Positions 54,375 through 64,000 of a stretch of 64,000 nt of DNA are shown piece by piece (positions within the stretch are counted from its first letter, which is position 1; each line of letters begins with the position of its first letter). Source of the stretch: Octopus vulgaris (Eukaryota). The notes under the pieces were generated by a model. That model was given only the letters and a program-made list of their open reading frames with translations, made no database searches and had not been told where the DNA came from. The translations under genes were made by a program, and so were the position numbers. The stretch lies in NCBI GenBank assembly GCA_951406725.2, contig OX597825.1:65410001-65474000 (forward strand), in the 5' to 3' direction.

Positions 54375-56125
54375 TTTTTAGATTGAGAATGGGAACAAAA
54401 TAATGTTTATATGTATGAAATATACAATCTACGTATATAGGCGCAGGAGTGGCTGTGTGGTAAGTAGCTTGCTAACCAACCTCATCTTGGGCAAGTGTCT
54501 TCTGCTATAGCCCCGGGCCGACCAATGCCTTGTGAGTGGATTTGGTAGACGGAAACTGAAAGAAGCCTGTCGTATATATGCATATATATATATGGGTGTT
54601 TGTGTTTGTGTTTGTCCCCCTAGCATTGCTTGACAACCGATGCTGGTGTGTTTACGTCCCCGTCACTTAGCGGTTCGGCTACAGAGACCGATAGAATAAG
54701 TACTGAGCTTACAAAGAATAAGTCCCGGGGTCGATTTGCTCGACTAAAGGCGGTGCTCCAGCATGGCCGCAGTCAAATGACTGAAACAAGTAAAAGAGTA
54801 ATAATCAAGGATAATTACTTTTTGTTTTTTAAATTTTATCAGTGCCCAACATATAAAAATAGTCCTATTAATGTGAAATCATATATATATAATTATAATT
54901 AAGGGCATAGAAAAATTCTAACCTATATGCCGAAAATAGACGATTTAGCGTCTCTATAGGCTAGAAGTTTTCCATGCGATTCAGGTCTGGATTGCAAATA
55001 CGCAGGATATAGGTATTTATTTTTGAATGTATAGTAATCCCTAACTAGGTTTCATATAATTAACCTTGAAATGACAAAATATGTTTACCGACTGAAAATT
55101 AAAGTTAAAAAAGAAGAAAGACGACATTTTTTTTGTATTTAAATCATTGACGTAGTGAGTACGTTTTTAATACTTGTAAACTTCTCGTACAGAAATTTAG
55201 TGGCATGCCGACAAGCAGAAATAAGTTCAAACTTTTAATTTACTTGTTGAGGTGGAAGTAAGGACTTTATATGATAATTTTGATACAAGGTTAAACATGA
55301 CAAAGTTTACATTTCTTCACTCAGACTGGAAACGCAGTTTATTTATCAAGACTATTGTTGGTTTTTATATTAATTTTACGAGATTCTTGATGTGAGATAG
55401 CGTGCTTAATTCGATATTGTTGTACATTTGGAAGGTCATGCAGCTAATAAAATTGCACACATACACTGGTTATGTGTCACTTCAGTTTCAATTAATTACA
55501 TAATTTGTTAATCAATCGGTTAATCGATTAGGCTGTAAAATCCCTATTGACAAAATTGACCTTACCAATGATTACATGGTACCAGGCAACACTTTATCTT
55601 CAACCCTTATTGAATATCTACTCAGGTTTTTGTAGTAAGATTTTGAATGGCTAACATGATTATGCAGTTGATTAACTGATAAATTATCAAATTCATTCGT
55701 AATAAAGCTGAAATGAAACATAACCGGTGCGTGTGTTTTTATTGGCAATACGACCGTCTCAGAATACAACAAAAATATTGATTCTTAATTCGGTGACTTG
55801 AATTTTCATTTACTAGTATAAAAACCAATAAACATTTAAAAACCCGCAAGCCTTTCCATGTTTGTCTTGTTTTAATTCGTATAATTTAAACATTTTTAAA
55901 AACAATGCATGCACTATTTCCGAAATTAGTTTTCTATAAACATAAACAAGCACTTATCTATATGCATATATATATATATATATAAACATACATACACATA
56001 TATACATACATATACAAATATACATATGCATATATGTGTGTTTGTATGTGTGCAAAAGATGTACTTATGATTACATTGCATGCCTACAACATGCGCACAG
56101 TCATATGTATATTCATATGTGTACT

Positions 56126-56191
<66 letters not shown>

Positions 56192-56307
56192 GTATGTATA
56201 TGTATATGTATGTATATATATATACATATCTATGTATGTATGTATATATATATGTATATGTATTATGTATGTATATATATGTATATATATGTATGTATGT
56301 ATACATG

Positions 56308-56362
<55 letters not shown>

Positions 56363-57029
56363 TTACACATATTGAAACTATGTCCTTTCTATTGATTGCT
56401 TGACTGTCACGTTTATCTGAAATTAGTCTTTTCTAATTTATAATTGCTTGCTTGTGTTTAATTGGATATTAACTATGTGACATTTTTTTGTATTTATTGA
56501 TTTTTATCGTTCCCTCAGGAAAACTGATGTCATTTTGAATTTTTTTCATTTACTCATGAATCTTGTTCCATGTTTATGCCTTACTATAACTGATACAGAC
56601 ATCTAGGCAGCTCTTGCCGCAAACTGAATTTATGACGCGTGTTCGATTTCTCTTGTTATAATTTCAATTTCACCATTTTGATACCAACCTGCCCCATGAC
56701 CATCCCTTTTTTTATGGTACAACTTTCCTTGTTTTAAAGAATTTTAAATTAAAATTTCCCTCATATTTATTAATTTTTTTTTGTTCGAAATATCAGATTC
56801 TTAATAAGCTTTTTGTCTTTGATCAGTTTCTGTCGCTCGGCTGTGTCTATACTGGGTCAGTATCTTGAAGGGCTTTTAGTCAAACACATCTCCCCTCTCC
56901 CAAGTAATTATTGCTTAAATCTAGTGCTTATTCTATCGGTCTCTTTTCCCAAACTATTCAGATGACAATGGGGACGTAAACAAGAATGGTGATGTGAAAG
57001 AAATAAATATACAAATACACACACACACA

Positions 57030-57073
<44 letters not shown>

Positions 57074-57155
57074 TGTGTGTATGTGTGTTAAATAAAATGA
57101 GACAATAAAGCTAAAGCAGTGTAAAATTTTTAGGCCATTTATAAAGAGAAAGGTA

Positions 57156-57203
57156 GCCTTACAGCTGTTTCAAGGATATAAAGGATATCCCATCATCAGA
57201 ACG
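57156..57203 (-). ncRNA. Type I hammerhead motif, same family as 30432
   Basis: Minus strand CTGATGA-tg-GGATAT-ccttt-ATATCC-tt-GAAAC-AGCT-GTA; core intact, stem I weak. Confidence 0.55.
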
Positions 57204-57300
57204 ACATGAGAGAGTTCAATAGAAGGAAGGTCTTTCCGTGGCACTTACGTAGCCTTACCTGCCTTTTGGGTCATCTGGATACCAAAACCTCTCATATTAT

Positions 57301-57371
<71 letters not shown>

Positions 57372-58127
57372 CAAACATTAGGTTTCCGATAGACGTCATC
57401 GATGTTATCCACGAAACCTCAGGTATGGTAGAAGACACCTAGACCATACTGTAATCTCAGTGGGATTGAACTGAGACGTTTAGTCGCTAAGCTAATCTTT
57501 TTAAACCACAGAGACATGTCAGCACCATGTTATTGTATTTTTTTTTCTCTTTTGTTCAAAACAAAATAAAACGAACAAAATTCTAAATCTCTTGGCACTA
57601 TGAAGACGTCAATTATAAAATGATTTTAATAAGTTGAAGACATCGGTGGAAGAAGTTAAGTGTATTGCCTGAAGAGTTTGTGCAGCAGCTGCGAAATAGT
57701 GTGTAATAGCTAAGCATATGAAAACACTGCCAAGTATAACTATTTCCATGTTTTATAGTGTTCTATATATGACTTAGGTAAGCAACATTCGATGTTTCTA
57801 ATTTCATTCTGATCGTATTACTTTGGGCAAGATAATTGTCTTTTATTGAGAATTTTTTCCTTGTAGAATTTTTTTTTTTTTAACTTAAAGCATAATTTTT
57901 TTTTTTTAAGGAAAAAATCATTATTTATTCTTGATCAAATAATTTTTAGCAAAACTTTATTTCTCGTCTTTGTTGTTTTTATTTCATTTAGTTGAGATAT
58001 TTTTCTCAAGAGGACATTTTTCTTTTTTGTTATTTTTGCCATAGATTTTTTTTTATTTTTATGTAATTTAAAGGGTGACAGAAAAATGGAAATTGTGAGA
58101 GAAAAATGGATAGATAGACAGATAGAG

Positions 58128-58246
<119 letters not shown>

Positions 58247-58259
58247 CAGATAGATAAAC

Positions 58260-58335
<76 letters not shown>

Positions 58336-58462
58336 TATAGGTAGATAGATAGACTGAAAGTAAGAGACAGAGGAAGATAAAGGTGGTTAAGTTGAAAGAC
58401 CATTTGCAAGGGGAGTATATCAATGTGTACTCTTGTTTGTTTATTGTGCATGTGTACATAGC

Positions 58463-58501
<39 letters not shown>

Positions 58502-58791
58502 TATCATGCATGTATATGCATATGTGTATATATATATATGTGTATGTGTATATATATATATATATGGTGTATGTATGTATGCAAGTATTTATGTATATGT
58601 GTGTATGTATTTATGTATATGTTTGGGTGTGTAATATAGATACATCACAAACAACATTCATCCGGTGTAATTTCTCCAGATATGGATTATTGATAATATT
58701 TAATTTCGAACTTTCATAATAGCAAACACGTTGTTGATGTGATATATTGCCTACTACTGCTATTATTATTATCATTATTATTATTATTATG

Positions 58792-58838
<47 letters not shown>

Positions 58839-60794
58839 TATTATTATTATTATTGTAGTTGTTGTTGTTGTTGCTGCTGTTGATGTTTGAGATATTCTGC
58901 ATCTAATAACTATTGTCACCAAAATCTACAATGCTTAAGTTATCCTTCTTCAATGTTTTCCCGCCATTGCTATCAGTTTCAAGAGCATTCGAAAGGAAAA
59001 TAAATATATGTGAACTTCTTCCTCGTATTCACCAAGAGCAATATTAACTCTCGTGTCATGATTGAAATATCGATCTGAAGATTAAACAGACCACACAAGT
59101 GGAAAAGATTATATTGGTTAAGGCTAGCAACTATATTGATATCTTTAGAGATGGAATGTCAGTATTTGGTGTTTGAAAGATGAAGTGTTATAGATGGGGT
59201 TTCTAAGAGGTCTTCAGGGAAAAAAACTGATTTGTTGCAAGGAATAGTTTCTCAGAAGTTGTTTTGTTTGTTGTATAGCCCCAGGTCAGTCCTGAATCAG
59301 CAGACTTATGATCAAAGGTGCTGCTGGTTGTAATATTATTGTTGTTACAAGAGATGTTGTTGTTTAACACTAGGTCAGTTGTGATCAATCAAACCCATGA
59401 TCAAAAGCTTTCCGTCCAAGACCAAACCATCATTTTCTTTCAGGTGCATCTAAGCTACATTGCCTATGTCCATTCTGCGCTCTTCTAAGTTGGTAGGGTT
59501 TGATCTGAGAGAAATGAAGCTCTTATTTTAATCAAGTAGAATGTCTGCGCAGAGGCCATTTATTGCCTCTAGTTCTAGTGATATTGTTGCAGTGGATTTA
59601 ACCATTGGTCATTTCTAATTAACCAGATCTATGGCCAGTAGCATGTTTCAACATGCATCTTATAAAACATTATATATTGTAGCAAACTAATGTAGCATTC
59701 TTCAGGGTTTTTTTATAAAACAGTGGGATGGGAGTTAAGGGAGAGTGGCTACTGTTTCAAGCAAATAGATGGTCTATATCGAAACGCTTGCTGTTGGTTT
59801 GTGTTCTCATTTAGAAACATCAGTCACACATTGCCATGTAGGCTCGAGGAAAAATAAATATTTGATGGAATCAAAAGCCAACAGGACCACCTACAGTCAA
59901 TAATTGATTGAATCATAAATTTTGGAAGTCACCAAAGAACCAGAGTTTAGTTTAGGGCATATAGCAAATGCAGCATTTTAGTTTCAATTCAGCTTCATTT
60001 ACAAAGCATTGTTAAAAAGTGAACCAATGATTGAGTCCCCAAAAAGCCACCCGACATACAAGAAATAGCAGTAATGTTTTTCCTTTAATTCATTCTGTAG
60101 TATTTTATATAAAAGGAAGAATATATTAGATAACATTGTTTTAGTCGCATGATGCGCCCCACCCCCCAAAAAATCCCAGTTCTGGTCAGTCAGGGTTTAC
60201 TTGGGATTAAACAACAACAACAGCAAAAACATCAGTGAGATTAGGAATATGGCAAAAGTAAATAATATATGTTGGTGCCAAATATTATTTCTTATTTCTT
60301 TATTGCCCACAAGGGGCTAAACATAGAGGGGACAAACAAAGACAGACAAAGGGATTAAGTTGATTATATCGACACCTAGCGGTTTGGCAAAAGCGACCGA
60401 TAGAATAAGTACTAGTTTTACAAAGAATAAGTCCTGGGGTCGATTTGCTCGACTAAAGGTGGTACTCCAGCATGGCCGCAGTCAAATGACTGAAACAAGT
60501 AAAAGAGTAGAGAGTAAAAGAGAGAGTTACTTAACCTTTGAGTATCTAGATTACTCTGTCAAATGTAATGTTTATTTATTCACATTGTTTTGAATTAAGC
60601 ATACACTATCTTGGAGCTTTGAGATCTTTCTGATGTTATTGTTATTTTTAGAATAAAATTGTAGGTTAGGTATGCAAGGTTGGATCTGGTTCAGCTGGAT
60701 ATAAACCAGGTTGCATATTTGGGCCGGGTATGGTCGGTTTAAATGCTAAAGGATTAAAGAAGATGAGGCAGTCATCAGTGAAACTTATCTGATT

Positions 60795-60831
<37 letters not shown>

Positions 60832-61788
60832 CTGTCAGGTCTGACAGTGTGACAACTTCAAATAAATGAAAATAGTTAAGACACATCTTCATCAATATCA
60901 CAGAAATGCATTCTGACTTTTCATCTGTTGCCTAAGATAACATCAAGATGCAATTGAGTGTTCTATGAGGTTAATGAGTTCATGTTTTGCATCTGTAGTC
61001 TTTTTCTTCTATTTCTTCTTTCTTTTTTTTTTTTTTTTTTTTTCCAAAACTGATAAGCATAATATCTGCTTTTTTAAAGAATTTCAACATTCAACATTCA
61101 GAATACCTCTGAACTTGTTATCACACATGATCCCATCTTAACCTGTTATCAGATTTAACTAAACACAGACAGGTATTTTAAGTGCTAAATCTAATCACAG
61201 AAACGCCTGCAACCCTTTATACTTTTTTTTTCATATAGCTTTGGTTTGTTTGTTTGTTTGATTTTTTTTTCTCCCAGCTTTTATGAGAAATGAAAGAAAT
61301 GTGGAATGCACAGATGACAATAACATCTGTTAATCAAGAATATAAATAGATTTAGCTTAGAAACAGTAAATAATAGATACAAAATGAAATCAGATTAGGC
61401 AAATAAGTTGATGGAATGTGGAACAGTTATGGTGAAATCTGTCCTAAATATTTACAAAAACAAACTTCCGTTTGGTTTTTTTTTTGGTTTTTTTTTTGGT
61501 GCTAGAATTCTGTAATGCACATGCAACTGTGACAGCTATAGGAGTCATTAAAACAAGCATATACAAGTATGTATATGCGTCTGCATATATGTAAATATAT
61601 ACATACACACATATATATCAATATATGTCCGTATATATATGTTTCTTTATTAGCCACACAGGGCTGCACACAGACGGGACAGATTACTAAGTAGAGCTTT
61701 TCTTTTTTGGGGAAAGAAAAAAAAATATGTCCATATATATAGATAGATAAATAGATAGATAGATAGATAGATATATAGATAGATAGAC

Positions 61789-61865
<77 letters not shown>

Positions 61866-62274
61866 CAAATATAGCTAGTAGCATACATTGGAGCTCGTGA
61901 CATACATTGGAGTTTGTGGCATTCTACCTTGGAGCTAGCAGTGTACATTGGAACTAGCAGTATTTCATTGCAACCCATCTTCAAGACCTTGCATGTCACT
62001 CCAAGTAGTGCCATGGCAGACGGATTTTGGACCATAGTGTGTGTGGACCCTTTTGGCAAGGAGATCTCTACCCTAAACAAACTCACGACATTGGCTGGTT
62101 TCTTTTTGATCCACCTCTTCCCCACTTTTTTTTATTTTTTATGCTTTTACAAAATCCCAGTGGGGCAAGGATGGTGGGTGCAGAAGTAGTCTAGTAAATA
62201 AATCTAGTAGCTAGACTGGTATTTTATTTTATTGACCTTCAAAGAATGAATGATAAGGGTACACCAGGCACATG

Positions 62275-62790
62275 CTCTAGGGACCAATTCTGTAGGTTTT
62301 TACTCCACTCTAAATGCTTTGCAACGTTTGTTTTTGAAAGTAGTGGTTTTCTGATTGCAGCTCTCCCATGAAACCCGGCTTTGTGCAACTCTCAGCAACG
62401 AGGTGGTCATTAAGCTCTGCAGTAATTTTGGGAGCTGTACTTTTGTGATCCTTTCTAACAATTCATGTAAGAGTCCGACAGCTCCTATCTGAAAGTTTTG
62501 GTTTTCTTCCAGAGTTTTGTTTCTACGAGGAGTTTTTTCCCTCTTTCTCAAAGTCTGTCATTACTTTCGAGACAGTACTTCTTGATACACCAAACATTTC
62601 GGCTGTTCTTGTTCCACTAGCACCTGCCAAACAAGCACCAACCATTTGACTTGTTTGAAAATCTGATAGAGCTGTCATTTAGTAATAAATCAAAAAATAT
62701 AAAAATAAACAAGCTTTTGATGGTTTTATAGATATTTCAAAATTATAATGCTATGATGCTAGATGTTTTCATTATTTTGTCCAACCCCTG
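62275..62790 (-). mobile_element. Tc1-like transposon 5' fragment, pseudogenised transposase N-terminus
   Basis: Minus strand TA|CAGGGGTTGGACAAAATAATG TIR, then MTALSDFQTSQMVGACLAGASGTRTAEMFGVSRSTVSKVM...SGRKPKLSDR...GFHGRAAIRKPLL with stops and a frameshift. Confidence 0.85.
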
Positions 62791-63180
62791 TATATATAGG
62801 TGTTAATAGTGATAGGCTGATTAAAATGTTTCTACTGATATTGTATCATGTGCTAACATATTGTCAGACAATATCATTCTCAGAACTAGCTCTGAAAACT
62901 ATTTCTATAGATGCATGGTAGAGGATTAAGCAAAGGATCTGAAAAATAATTTCTAAATTTCTGAATATTCACATTGAATGTAACTTGGTTGAATTAATGA
63001 ATTTTAATATCTCAAGAGTATATAATCTTACTTGGTTGTGGAATGAATGCAAAAATAATATAGATTAATATCTTGGAAATTTTTTGAAAAATATTCCATT
63101 TTATATATTGAAAATATAAATAAGAATTTTATATGAAGAAAGTAAAAAATTTAGCTTTATTCATGTAATGCATTTTTCAG

Positions 63181-63268
63181 TTGATATTTCACTTGATTAT
63201 ATCACTCCTATATTTTATTCTTCTCACGGGTACTGCTGAAACTACAGTTATCTCCAATATTTTTGAAA
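63181..63268 (+). CDS. Candidate signal-peptide exon of a second gene
   Basis: catttttcag|TTG...GAA A|gtaagc; translates LIFHLIISLLYFILLTGTAETTVISNIFE (hydrophobic core followed by small residues). Confidence 0.3.
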
Positions 63269-64000
63269 GTAAGCTTCAAGATAGATGATAATACCATGAT
63301 ATAGATTTGTCAACAAGTATTTATCATCATGTATTTATGAGAGAAAAGTAGCAAGAATGAAATAAGAAGAAGGAAGAGACAAATGCATCAGCCACTGGTA
63401 TATAGTTGTAATATTCGGCAGAAATACATAAAAGTATCCAATGATTTGGGATATACTTTGAATATTAATAAAATCTTCTAACACAGATAGATCTATATTT
63501 GAGACAAAAAAATAGTGAAATGAGACATATAATATGATCTTTATTGGTAAATGCCATAGAATCATCTGTGAATGAATATCATGTGATAACGTTTTAATAA
63601 AAACCAAATTACGAGATATTCACATATCGAAATATCTGAGACATTGCTATCTTTGAATCCAATAGGCTAGAGAGGATATTATAATGTTAACACAATATTT
63701 GGTTTGTGCAAATAGCAACACAGAAGAGATAATTTTATTTTGGCATTTGTAAAGATATTTAATATAACCAAACTTATACAGGAAAATGAACCCAATGGAT
63801 ATTTTAAGCTAACTTTCTAAATTTCATTTATGGAAACTGAAAATATAGAAAAAGAAAATGAGCAAATGTCTAAATGATGAGTTGATGAGTGTATGTTTAA
63901 TGTACGCACCTGGTATATCAATACAATAAGATTTTATATTTGTATACAGTACACATCTAAATCAAATCTTTTATATATAGGAATCTGTTCCCTAGTTGAA

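Larger units (their letters stand above)
52533..54800. repeat. Tandem duplication, two ~1.13-kb units
   Basis: aaaccatc(g/a)atagcatcgtaggacttcaaccacc at 52533 and 53668; unique sequence and SINEs are collinear between units. Confidence 0.92.

Noticed and set aside
62300-62551. 83-aa ORF as a host gene
   Set aside because: Off-frame reading of the decayed Tc1 transposase.

Overview
AT-rich, repeat-dense eukaryotic DNA. The SINE families and very high (TA)n/(GATA)n/(TAA)n load match an octopus (coleoid cephalopod) genome; this is inferred from repeat content only. Almost all ORFs in the supplied track are microsatellite or SINE artefacts. One real + strand gene spans about 21.7-49.9 kb: a two-Ig-domain Dpr/ZIG-8-like protein whose 5' exons I could not find. 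Its parts are the Ig1 C-terminal exon (21771-21989, 3' end corrupted by in-frame stops and overwritten by a copy of nearby upstream sequence), a 21-nt linker microexon (26920-26940), two further candidate microexons (6 and 15 nt), an intact Ig2 exon (41176-41463) and a candidate terminal exon (49796-49863). The least obvious signal is about ten type I hammerhead-ribozyme motifs from several unrelated repeat families. At least three have intact cores (19271-19355 +, 12813-12855 -, 53163-53200 -), and two sites sit in fold-back inverted repeats. Also present: Mariner/Tc1/pogo remnants, non-autonomous Helitrons, R4/Dong-type and RTE LINE fragments, and a 1.1-kb tandem duplication.
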